Virus record (IMG/VR): IMGVR_UViG_3300033463_000305
Coordinates: 1-42,921 of that record
DNA: 42,921 bases
Source: a virus
Strand: one strand, 5' to 3'
The position numbers were made by a program, and so were the translations under genes. Positions 31,678 through 38,761 of the stretch are shown piece after piece. Below the pieces are notes generated by a model. The model made no database searches. It was not told where the DNA came from and saw nothing but the letters and a program-made list of their open reading frames with translations. How positions within the stretch are numbered: the first letter of the stretch is position 1; each line of letters begins with the position of its first letter.

Positions 31678-32570
31678 GTCATTTCCTCCCGATATATCAG
31701 TTTCGCGCCGCATTCCGGGCAGTGCGTATCGCTCCCGTCCTCCTCAAGGCCTCTACCGCACTTTCCGCAGTGCCATCCAAGACGGTCCCGGATGGCCTTC
31801 GCGGTCTCCTCCGTACCCATGTTGGCAATCAACCGCTCCATGGCCGCATAGCCCTCCTTGGTTGGACTGCCATAGTCCACGCTTGCGGCGGCCCCCTTCC
31901 CGGCCTGCTGGATGCTCTTGGGCGGCTTGGCCTGCGTCCACGCCCGGTTCTGGATCCATTTTGCGGCCGATGGGATATACCGCCCGCCCTGATCCAGCCA
32001 GGTATCCTGGTTTTTCTGCCAGTCCAGAGCGTCCAGCATCTGCTGCAGCGTGGCCCCTGCGTCTATGGCCTCCAGATAGAGGCGGCACGCCTCCCGGATA
32101 TCCCCGGATTTCTTGGGATACGCCGCCCAAAAGAGTTCAAAGCCGTCATCCCCTGATAGGGCCTCAAGGTGCAGCCTCCCCGTGGGCTTCGGAGTCTCAC
32201 TCGCAAGAGGGGGGAGAGGGGGAGATATATAAGATTCCTTCTCATACTCTACCTCTACCTCTTTCTCTACCTCTACCTCTTTCTCCCTCTCCTTCTCGCT
32301 TTCGGTTTGCTTCGCGCTTGCTTCCGCTTTGCTTTCGGTTTGCTTCGCTTTGCTTCCTCCGCGTTTCCCGTTTGCCGCCTTTCGTGCAGCGGTGTCAAGT
32401 GTAGGCTTTATGAGTACAAAAACGGTCTTACTCGCGCCGGTCAATTTGGGGCTCTGCCCCTCGAAAACATATTCGCAGACTGCACGGGTGACTTCGGCCA
32501 GGATTTTAGGGGGCAGCTCTTTGAATGCGTCCCAAAAACTCCTATAAAATGTGAATTGATTCCGCTCCAT
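31674..32570 (-). CDS. Replisome organiser / DnaD-like replication initiation protein with C-terminal zinc ribbon
   Basis: The ATG at 32570 lies behind GGGAGGTAGAGACG. The N-terminal NQFTFYRSFWDAFKELP motif is typical of phage replisome organisers. It also has a central charged repeat and C-terminal CGKCG..CPECG. Confidence 0.6.
   Translation of the reverse strand: MERNQFTFYRSFWDAFKELPPKILAEVTRAVCEYVFEGQSPKLTGASKTVFVLIKPTLDTAARKAANGKRGGSKAKQTESKAEASAKQTESEKEREKEVEVEKEVEVEYEKESYISPPLPPLASETPKPTGRLHLEALSGDDGFELFWAAYPKKSGDIREACRLYLEAIDAGATLQQMLDALDWQKNQDTWLDQGGRYIPSAAKWIQNRAWTQAKPPKSIQQAGKGAAASVDYGSPTKEGYAAMERLIANMGTEETAKAIRDRLGWHCGKCGRGLEEDGSDTHCPECGAKLIYREEMT
32249..32348. repeat. Tandem direct repeats inside the organiser gene (18-nt unit x2; 18-nt motif repeated at 33-nt spacing)
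   Basis: ctacctctacctctttct occurs at 32249-32266 and 32267-32284. gctttcggtttgcttcgc occurs at 32298-32315 and 32331-32348. Confidence 0.85.
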
Positions 32571-32575
32571 CGTCT

Positions 32576-32776
32576 CTACCTCCCAGCCCGGCAGTCCTGC
32601 CCGGTCCCTATCCTGACACTGTGGCCGCATTTTCGGCAGCAGTACATGCATACCGCCGGGTGAGCGTCCCTGTCCGGGCAAGCCCGGATCAGGGATGAAT
32701 ACCATTCTCGCCCGCAGCGTGAGCACCGAAAAATGTGGTTGCCTTGGTGTCTCGCCATGTTATAATCGGTTCTCAC
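32576..32776 (-). CDS. Small zinc-ribbon protein (66 aa)
   Basis: The GTG at 32776 overlaps the upstream stop. It contains CSRCG...CCRKCGH. Confidence 0.45.
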   Translation of the reverse strand: MRTDYNMARHQGNHIFRCSRCGREWYSSLIRACPDRDAHPAVCMYCCRKCGHSVRIGTGQDCRAGR

Positions 32777-33489
32777 AGCATCACAGTCACGCCGTCACAG
32801 TCCTTAAGTTTGTCCTCAAGCCAGGCCTTGACGGTGTTCCGGGCGGTGAGCCTCCACATGCCTCCGTCTGCCTCAATAAAGGCTATCCCACGCTCGCGGA
32901 CGCGGATAAGGAAGATTCCTTCCGGCTGCTCTACCTCCTGGAACGTCCGATAGGGCCGGAGCCGGACCAGCGGCTTAATGGTCATGTTCTCGGCCAGGGC
33001 GGCCCCCTTCTGCGTCACGATTGTGGACGCAACGCCGTTATCGGCGTAGGTCACTTTCGCGCCGGTAGTGATCTGGCTCAGGAGACGGATACAGTATTCC
33101 TTATCGCCCCCGTCCTGGAACCGCGTCATGAGGGCAACGGTGGCCTCATCAAAGGGCATGGTTACTTCCTTGTCCCACCCGGGAATATCCGTTGCCAGCG
33201 CACAATACAAGGAAACTCGCCGGTATCGGTTTTCCGGCTCGAGGCAACCGTAAACAATGACCTCCGTTGCTGCATCGACGGACACAAAAAGAGTCTGCTC
33301 ATAACTGTCCTCCTGGATGATGTGGACCAGAGCGTCCAGGCTGTTCACCGTCAGCGGTTCCGGCGCATCCAGCTTCGAGCGGACTTCCAGCGTGGAGCCG
33401 TCACTCGTCATAACATAGGTATGCCCGTCAACGACAAAGGGCTGCGGTTTGCTCATGGCTTCGATTTTCTCAATGGCTTCTTTCAACAC
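32773..33489 (-). CDS. Conserved hypothetical early protein (238 aa)
   Basis: The GTG start is 10 nt after AAGGAGG. It may be DUF2303/YfdQ-like (weak recollection). Confidence 0.5.
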   Translation of the reverse strand: MLKEAIEKIEAMSKPQPFVVDGHTYVMTSDGSTLEVRSKLDAPEPLTVNSLDALVHIIQEDSYEQTLFVSVDAATEVIVYGCLEPENRYRRVSLYCALATDIPGWDKEVTMPFDEATVALMTRFQDGGDKEYCIRLLSQITTGAKVTYADNGVASTIVTQKGAALAENMTIKPLVRLRPYRTFQEVEQPEGIFLIRVRERGIAFIEADGGMWRLTARNTVKAWLEDKLKDCDGVTVML

Positions 33490-33504
33490 GACTGTATATC
33501 CTCC

Positions 33505-33855
33505 TTATTTTGCAATTCTCAGGACCGGCGCGGACTCCTGCTCATCTCCACCGAATCCGATTTGGCCGGGAATCTGAGGCGTCATTTCGACTGCCCGGAA
33601 CTCGCCGTAAGCGTCCGTGTTGGCATACAGTGCGGTCTTGATGGGCGTGGTGGCAGCCAAGGCGCTCTTGGCCGTAACGCTGACGGAGATAGTGCTCCGA
33701 TCATCGTCCGGCGTGAACTCAATGGTAAGAGTGATCTTCCGCTTCTCCGTGGCCTTGGTATTGGGGTCTTGGATGTTGGCAAGCACCCGGCCCATTTCGT
33801 AGTCCACCCGTTCCGTGACGGCCCCACGTGCCATTTCAAGGATACTTTTTTCCAT
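33505..33855 (-). CDS. Conserved hypothetical early protein (116 aa)
   Basis: TAGGAGGAAATACCAAG precedes the ATG. The pattern ..ANIQDPNTKATEKRKITLTIEFTPDDDR.. resembles a small phage family sometimes labelled replication-terminator-like (from memory). Confidence 0.5.
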   Translation of the reverse strand: MEKSILEMARGAVTERVDYEMGRVLANIQDPNTKATEKRKITLTIEFTPDDDRSTISVSVTAKSALAATTPIKTALYANTDAYGEFRAVEMTPQIPGQIGFGGDEQESAPVLRIAK

Positions 33856-33875
33856 CTTGGTATTTCCTCCTATTG

Positions 33876-34190
33876 TTATCTCTGCGCCCAGGCCCTGCGC
33901 TCTTGCCGCAGGACGGGGCAGGAATAATAATGTGGCAGTCTGCCCTGCTTGATCTCTCCGACCAGGCCTCGCCGGTAAACTCGCCCATGAATAGCTTCCC
34001 GATGCTGGATGATCCGCACCTTGCTCTGCGAGTCCGGGACGAAGAGGACCGGGACTTCATCACATGGGGACCAATCGCCGTCCCAAAGCCTGATCCACTT
34101 AATCGAAGCCCCGCACAGAGGGCATATCACCCACGGGGCCCTGCGGCTGTGCGTTGGCCAGCACCGATCCCGCTCCTGCGCTGTCGGCAT
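33876..34190 (-). CDS. Hypothetical Cys-containing protein (104 aa)
   Basis: The ATG at 34190 lies behind GGGAGGGAAGAGGAAT. It contains CPLCG...SPCD. It overlaps the exonuclease 3' end by 92 nt, so the call is uncertain. Confidence 0.35.
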   Translation of the reverse strand: MPTAQERDRCWPTHSRRAPWVICPLCGASIKWIRLWDGDWSPCDEVPVLFVPDSQSKVRIIQHREAIHGRVYRRGLVGEIKQGRLPHYYSCPVLRQERRAWAQR

Positions 34191-35037
34191 ATTCCTCTTC
34201 CCTCCCTTCGCGGAACTCCGGCATGAGGACGTAGTATGGCCTGATTTCCTGAAGCTGTTTTGTCGCTCGGCAGTAGTCGCACCGCCCGCACCGCCTGGGC
34301 CTGAGCCGTCCGGTCTTGACGGCCTGGATATCCGGCAGCCGATCCTTGATCTGCTCCAGCTCATAGTCATACCGTTGCCGGTGATTCAGCAGCAGAGCTT
34401 CCTTGTCCGGATAATCCTGCTTGGATATCGCAATGATAACGAAATTCGCATCCTCCGTGCTGCCGGCGGCCTGCTTTTCCAGCTCGGTGTACACAGCGGC
34501 ACGCATCATGTAGCCGTAGGAGTCGATGAACGTGACCTTGGCGCGGAGCTCGTCGCTCCAGCGAAGCTCTGATATGTTGCTCACCGTCTTATAGTCGATG
34601 ATAAGCCGCCCATTCGCCACATATTTATCAAATCGGCCCCGCCAGGGGACACCGAAGAGGGCCCCAGTGATGATCTTCTCATTTTCACCGGGCATATTCA
34701 GCAGGCTGGCGATCAGCGGGTCACGGCGGGCAACCTCAATCATGTTGTCTGCCTGCACATAGGGCGCGTATTTCTCCGGGGGCGCATCCTTTTTCCTTGC
34801 CTTTTTGAAAATATCGTCGTAGTGCTCCTGGATGAAAGCCTCGTGCGCCTCCGGGGACTCCATAGCGGTGTGGAAGTAGTTGCCGACAAGGAACGCCTCC
34901 CGCTTTTCTTCCACCCAGCGGCCTTCCAGCACGGCCATAGCCTTGGCCTCGCACTCGCAAAAGCGCTGGTACTGGGAACAGGACATATACTCCCGGTCCG
35001 CCTCCGGCGTATAATAGTTATCAGCCGTCAATACCAT
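34099..35037 (-). CDS. PD-(D/E)XK exonuclease, Cas4-like (Fe-S cysteines)
   Basis: The second ATG (35037) is 9 nt after AAGGAGG. It has the motif RLIIDYKT and cysteines near the N-terminus (CSQYQRFCEC) plus C-terminal CGRCDYC. It is paired with an annealase. Confidence 0.65.
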   Translation of the reverse strand: MVLTADNYYTPEADREYMSCSQYQRFCECEAKAMAVLEGRWVEEKREAFLVGNYFHTAMESPEAHEAFIQEHYDDIFKKARKKDAPPEKYAPYVQADNMIEVARRDPLIASLLNMPGENEKIITGALFGVPWRGRFDKYVANGRLIIDYKTVSNISELRWSDELRAKVTFIDSYGYMMRAAVYTELEKQAAGSTEDANFVIIAISKQDYPDKEALLLNHRQRYDYELEQIKDRLPDIQAVKTGRLRPRRCGRCDYCRATKQLQEIRPYYVLMPEFREGREEEYADSAGAGSVLANAQPQGPVGDMPSVRGFD

Positions 35038-35941
35038 TCTGCGCATCCTCCTTCACGTCCCAGGGGAGCGGCCCCGCCTCATCTTCGGCGGCGCTTGCCT
35101 TGCCCATCGCGGCGGAAAGGCCGCTGTTGAGGGCATCAAGCCGGGCAGCTTCCTCGTCCCCGGGCAGGCGCGTATCCTTGGCTTCCTCCTCGCCGAATGC
35201 GGCAGAAGGCTTGACAAACCCGTCGTTGATCGCGCTGTAGAGTCGGGAGAGCTTCACCAGGTCCTGCGCGTTCAGCTTGTCCAGCGGCTTCCCCGCCTTG
35301 GCGGCGATCTGCTCACCGGTGATGCCAAAGGTCTCAAACTTTCCGACCATATTCTTCACTCGGCTTTCGATGCTCTGTCCGTCGCCCTTCATGGCGTTCT
35401 CCAGCGTTTTGTTGCAGGTTTCAACGGCGGCATCCACAAACCATCCCGGCAGGACAGCCAGTATGCAGGCCCTTTTCCTGCGGGCACCCTGATTCGCTAC
35501 CGCCTCATAGATATCCCGGGAGTCGGTCAGCTCGTAGGATTGCTTCTTGGTGGTACGGACGTGCGGCACGGTGAAGGTCTTCTCGTCACTCACATTGGTC
35601 TCCAGGTCCCAGCAGTACGCTTTGATCGTCGTGCTGCCGTCCCGGGCTTCGATCTCGTCAACGCCGAAGTCCAGGTTGCCCCATGCCCGCGCCAGGACCT
35701 CAACAAGCCGGATGCTGGGGCCGCGCACCACGCTGTCCCCACGGGGAAATTCGTACTGGGCCTGCTCGGCCAGCTCGCGGCGGTTGCACTCCGTGAGCGC
35801 TCTCTCCAGAGCCAAATCAACAGATCTGGGGAACTGCCGGGCCAGGATCATTTTGCCTTTGATCTCTGAGAGCGCCTTGCTCTCCTGGTACTCTCCCATT
35901 CGGGTGTTGTTGTTTGTCCGCTGCATGTATCCGGTTTCCAT
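35021..35941 (-). CDS. Single-strand annealing recombinase (RecT/Redbeta superfamily)
   Basis: 306 aa with AAGGAGGAAGCG RBS. The pattern RGPSIRLVEVLARAWGNLDFG...RDIYEAVANQGARRKRACILAVLPGWF is typical of phage SSAPs. It lies adjacent to the exonuclease. Confidence 0.55.
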   Translation of the reverse strand: METGYMQRTNNNTRMGEYQESKALSEIKGKMILARQFPRSVDLALERALTECNRRELAEQAQYEFPRGDSVVRGPSIRLVEVLARAWGNLDFGVDEIEARDGSTTIKAYCWDLETNVSDEKTFTVPHVRTTKKQSYELTDSRDIYEAVANQGARRKRACILAVLPGWFVDAAVETCNKTLENAMKGDGQSIESRVKNMVGKFETFGITGEQIAAKAGKPLDKLNAQDLVKLSRLYSAINDGFVKPSAAFGEEEAKDTRLPGDEEAARLDALNSGLSAAMGKASAAEDEAGPLPWDVKEDAQNGIDG

Positions 35942-35943
35942 TA

Positions 35944-36327
35944 TTACGCTTCCTCCTTGACTTTACGCCCGCCCGCACTTATAATTGTGCAGGACGAGTC
36001 TGTGTACTCAATGATTACCTCTTCCTCTTCCTCCGCCCTGGATGCTGCAACATCCGGGGCGGCTTTGCGTTTCTCCATCCAGAAAACCTCCACGCCGTTG
36101 GTGTCGGTGATCGAGCAGCGGCCCCAGCCGTCGGGACTATCGTGCTCCACGCGGTACAAATCATTGCCGATTGCACCGCCCAGCACATCCGTGGGATCCC
36201 CGTCCACGTGCAGTTGCACTGCGGACTGATTGGAGTACACGTCCGCGCTGATGATGTACGGATCTTTGAGCTTTTCAACCGTGTGCCGCAGCGCCATCAA
36301 CTCTCCGATTACCTGCTCGCCAGTCAT
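35944..36327 (-). CDS. Hypothetical protein (127 aa)
   Basis: It has an ATGA overlap with the upstream HTH gene. No family was recognised. Confidence 0.5.
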   Translation of the reverse strand: MTGEQVIGELMALRHTVEKLKDPYIISADVYSNQSAVQLHVDGDPTDVLGGAIGNDLYRVEHDSPDGWGRCSITDTNGVEVFWMEKRKAAPDVAASRAEEEEEVIIEYTDSSCTIISAGGRKVKEEA

Positions 36328-36554
36328 TTTTGCTTTCCCCCTTGTTCGTCCAAAAACGCCTTGATGTGCGGCATGATCGGCGTCCGCCCGCGCTCCATAT
36401 CACTTATGGATTGCTGGGTCACATAAAACCGTTCAGCCAATTTTCCCTGCGTTAGGCCCAGCTTCGCCCGGTACTCCCAAAGCTGATTCCCCGGATGGGA
36501 ATACCTCTGCAACGCCGCCGCGCTGTGCCTGTCCCCGCCGTGTCCGTAGGGCAT
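36324..36554 (-). CDS. XRE-family HTH protein (Cro-like candidate)
   Basis: 76 aa. LWEYRAKLGLTQGKLAERFYVTQQSISDMERGRT is a canonical XRE HTH. Confidence 0.65.
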   Translation of the reverse strand: MPYGHGGDRHSAAALQRYSHPGNQLWEYRAKLGLTQGKLAERFYVTQQSISDMERGRTPIMPHIKAFLDEQGGKQK

Positions 36555-36677
36555 TCATGTCTCCTCCTTGTGTCCGCCGCTGGGCGGGATAATGTCGCAG
36601 GAGTATGCCTCATGCCCACGCGCCCGAAAAGCTTTGCAGACCTCCTGGCTCTCCTCACAGGCGACAAGGACTCGCAT
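36555..36677 (-). pseudogene. 40-codon remnant resembling the N-terminus of phage C5-cytosine-methyltransferase-like proteins
   Basis: GGAGGGAGCCTT precedes the ATG at 36677. MRVLVACEESQEVCKAFRARGHEAYSCDIIPPSGGH is followed by KEET and a stop. From memory, full-length relatives continue ..GGHPEWH.. for >150 aa. Confidence 0.3.
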
Positions 36678-36751
36678 AAGGCTCCCTCCTCTCTGGCATT
36701 GGTATCCTCCTTTTCCTTTCTACAGGGTATTCTGCGTAGATGCTCACTCCC

Positions 36752-36937
36752 TCACCCCCTTATCAGCTCTTTGATCAACGCCGCCTTGCTCACCAGGCTC
36801 CCCGGCGGCAGCGTGTACCGCTTCGCCAGGGTCTTTTTGCTGATCCCCAGCCAGGCTGCGGCCTCCGCCTTGGAGATCAGCTCCCGCCCGGGGAAATCCT
36901 GGTCCAGCCGCATCCGCAGCTCTCCCGCTCCGCTCAT
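36752..36937 (-). CDS. Small HTH DNA-binding protein (excisionase/MerR-type)
   Basis: 61 aa with an ATGA overlap. ISKAEAAAWLGISKKTLAKRY is an HTH_17-like motif. Confidence 0.5.
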   Translation of the reverse strand: MSGAGELRMRLDQDFPGRELISKAEAAAWLGISKKTLAKRYTLPPGSLVSKAALIKELIRG

Positions 36938-37179
36938 TCGGTCTCCTCCTTGGGCAGCCCCCGCATATACCGCAGGAAAGCCCGCTTGGGGATTTTCACC
37001 CGGCTCTCCCCCACCACGATCACAGGAAATCCCAGCAGCCAGGGCTTTTGGATGGCGGTGTCGTGGATGGTGGTGGGGGAGGCCTGCAGCACCCGTGCCA
37101 CGTTGGCACAGCTCAGCACCTCGGTCTCCAGCGCCTCCACCTCCTCCAGGGTCCCCGGCTGATCCTGCCATGCCCTCAT
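36934..37179 (-). CDS. Excisionase-family HTH protein
   Basis: 81 aa from the ATG at 37179 behind GGAGGAG. VLSCANVARVLQASPTTIHDTAIQ...FPVIVVGESRVKIPKRAFLRYM fits the excisionase-type winged HTH. Confidence 0.55.
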   Translation of the reverse strand: MRAWQDQPGTLEEVEALETEVLSCANVARVLQASPTTIHDTAIQKPWLLGFPVIVVGESRVKIPKRAFLRYMRGLPKEETE

Positions 37180-37337
37180 GCCGTCTCCTCCAGTTTGTCC
37201 TGGCTTTTCTTCAGCAGGTCGATGGCCATTGCCGCCCCTTGGGCCTGGTCCAGCAGCTTCTCCCGCAGCGGCTCCGGCAGCTTCTCCATCTTCTCCAGCC
37301 AAGCCTGGTCGATCTGCGTCTTCTCTTTGTCGCTCAC
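37176..37337 (-). CDS. Small helical protein (53 aa, GTG start), not in the ORF track
   Basis: GGGAGGAAGTATC precedes the GTG at 37337. The stop overlaps the next ATG (ATGA). Confidence 0.4.
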   Translation of the reverse strand: MSDKEKTQIDQAWLEKMEKLPEPLREKLLDQAQGAAMAIDLLKKSQDKLEETA

Positions 37338-37368
37338 GATACTTCCTCCCTTCTGTTGTGTGTCGTCA

Positions 37369-37587
37369 TTACCTCGAAGACAGGGGAAGCTTAGTCCCGT
37401 ATCCCGTCATCCAGTCCTCCAGGTCGTCCTCGCAGGCCGGGCACAGGTAGATCTCCGTGAAGTCTCCGGGCTTGCAGATGGAGAACTTCGGCTTCCTGGC
37501 CTCCTCGGCCTTCGGCGCCACGAAAAACGGGATCGTGCTCTTCACCTGCTCCTCCGCGCCGCATCTGTCGCACTTGCGGATGTACAT
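37369..37587 (-). CDS. Zinc-ribbon protein, first gene of the leftward (early) operon
   Basis: 72 aa with GGAGAGGAGGTGAAAAAGG before the ATG. It contains CDRCG...CPACE. Confidence 0.6.
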   Translation of the reverse strand: MYIRKCDRCGAEEQVKSTIPFFVAPKAEEARKPKFSICKPGDFTEIYLCPACEDDLEDWMTGYGTKLPLSSR

Positions 37588-37620
37588 CCTTTTTCACCTC
37601 CTCTCCGTCAAGGGATTATC

Positions 37621-37639
37621 GGTTTGTCAAGGACAAACC
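37621..37639. promoter_or_regulatory. Operator-like palindrome O1
   Basis: GGTTTGTCAAGGACAAACC has 8-bp arms. It shares the core TTTGTCAAGNACAAA with O2 and lies in the leader just upstream of the first early RBS. Confidence 0.55.
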
Positions 37640-37730
37640 GCCCGCCCCCTGCGTCTGTTGTTTTTTGCTGTTCGCTGTTGTTTCCTCCTGGGGAATTGTA
37701 GCAGGGGGCAGGATTGCATTTGCTGTAATC

Positions 37731-37759
37731 AAAATAACAGTTACTAGATATTTTGTCAA
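37731..37759 (-). promoter_or_regulatory. Leftward early promoter (candidate)
   Basis: The - strand reads TTGACA (37759-37754), 17 nt, then TGtTATTTT (extended -10; hexamer at 37736-37731). Confidence 0.5.
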
Positions 37760-37766
37760 GCACAAA
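37752..37766. promoter_or_regulatory. Operator-like palindrome O2
   Basis: TTTGTCAAGCACAAA overlaps the -35 of the leftward promoter. It is bracketed by the 9-bp inverted repeat ACAGTTACT (37737-37745) / AGTAACTGT (37771-37779). Confidence 0.55.
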
Positions 37767-37788
37767 TTCAAGTAACTGTATATTTTCC

Positions 37789-37817
37789 TTGCGTTTTATT
37801 TCCGTCCGTGTTATAGT
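37789..37817 (+). promoter_or_regulatory. Rightward repressor promoter (candidate)
   Basis: TTGCGT (37789-37794), 17 nt, TATAGT (37812-37817). It lies ~10 nt upstream of the AAGGAGG of the repressor gene. Confidence 0.5.
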
Positions 37818-37838
37818 GGCCGCGAAAGGAGGTTTGTG

Positions 37839-38255
37839 ATGCAAAACCGAATCAAGGAGCTTCGCAAGTCCTTGGGCATGAATCAGACGGAGTTTGGGAA
37901 AAAACTTGGCGTTACTACCAGTGCCATTTCCGGCTATGAACTTGGCACCATCGTTCCGTCAACCGCCATCATCCTGTCCATCTGCCGGGAGTTCGGCGTC
38001 TCCGAGACCTGGCTCCGCACTGGGGAGGGGGAGATGTTCCCCTCCCGCTCCAGAGAGGAGGAGCTTGGCCGCCTGGTGGCCGATCTGTTTGCGGATAGCC
38101 CTGCAACATTCCGCTCCGCCCTGATCACCACCCTCCTCCGCTTCGACCCCGCCGGGCCGGAGTGGGCCGTCCTGGAGGCCATCACCAAAAACCTGCTTGC
38201 CGAATGGCAGGCCCAGCGGAAGGATGAGAATGGAGTGGCCGATGATGGGGTATAG
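37839..38255 (+). CDS. XRE-family HTH repressor (CI-like, no S24 peptidase domain)
   Basis: The ATG at 37839 is 6 nt after AAGGAGG. IKELRKSLGMNQTEFGKKLGVTTSAISGYELG is a canonical HTH. The C-terminal 70 aa are helical, with no Ser/Lys peptidase motifs. The gene is divergent from the early operon. Confidence 0.8.
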   Translation: MQNRIKELRKSLGMNQTEFGKKLGVTTSAISGYELGTIVPSTAIILSICREFGVSETWLRTGEGEMFPSRSREEELGRLVADLFADSPATFRSALITTLLRFDPAGPEWAVLEAITKNLLAEWQAQRKDENGVADDGV

Positions 38256-38439
38256 GTGCGTCTGCGACATCTGCGGGCGTGATGCCCGGCGGTGGTACAA
38301 CGTCGCCTTCGTCCCCTGCGCGGCAAAGGGCTGGATGAACGTCGGAGATATGCCGCCATTCCGGCTCGCCGTCTGCGCCGATTGCGGCCAAAGGCTCCGC
38401 GATCCAACCCCCGCAAGCAAAGAGGACCCCGAGCCGTAA
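38242..38439 (+). CDS. Small zinc-ribbon protein (65 aa)
   Basis: The ATG at 38242 overlaps the end of the repressor gene. It contains CDICG...CADCG. Confidence 0.45.
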   Translation: MMGYRCVCDICGRDARRWYNVAFVPCAAKGWMNVGDMPPFRLAVCADCGQRLRDPTPASKEDPEP

Positions 38440-38451
38440 GGCCCGGGGTCC
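38424..38451. terminator. Hairpin between convergent genes (possible bidirectional terminator)
   Basis: GGACCCCG (38424-38431) pairs with CGGGGTCC (38444-38451) across a 12-nt loop. The following T-run is weak. Confidence 0.35.
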
Positions 38452-38464
38452 TCCCCTTTATCCG

Positions 38465-38677
38465 TTATTGTCTCTCACTTACCCAACGCAGGGTCCGCGC
38501 CAGCCCGTCCTCCGTCCCCCGCAGGTCAGGCCCCCTCCGGGAGGGGGCTCCGGCGCAGCCGGTGGGGGAGAATGTGCCGGCCTCCCGCAAAAACGCCGCC
38601 ACGAAAACCAGCGCCCCATACTCCGCCCGCTCCAGCAGTCCCCCGATCTCCTCCATGATTTCCTTCCGGTTTTTCAT
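38465..38677 (-). CDS. Small hypothetical protein (70 aa) divergent from the integrase gene
   Basis: GGAGGACAGAAAAC precedes the ATG at 38677 (MKNRKEIMEEIGGLLERAEYG...). It is the only credible part of the 487-aa antisense ORF 38465..39928. Confidence 0.5.
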   Translation of the reverse strand: MKNRKEIMEEIGGLLERAEYGALVFVAAFLREAGTFSPTGCAGAPSRRGPDLRGTEDGLARTLRWVSERQ

Positions 38678-38761
38678 GTTTTCTGTCCTCCATCGTTGAT
38701 AATTGTTTCTCTCTGTTATATTATGGAGGCAATGAAAAATCTGTCGGAAGGTGGTTACAAT

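Noticed and set aside
33836-34063. 75-aa - strand ORF (MMKSRSSSSRTRRARCGSSS..)
   Set aside because: The translation is an R/S-rich out-of-frame product overlapping the better-supported 33876..34190 frame, and it has no RBS.
36752-37171. 139-aa and 122-aa extended versions of the small HTH genes (36752..37171 and 36934..37302)
   Set aside because: Their N-terminal extensions are G/A/P/R-rich read-throughs overlapping neighbouring genes. Internal ATGs at 36937 and 37179 have GGAGG RBSs and ATGA coupling, which gives compact 61- and 81-aa HTH proteins.
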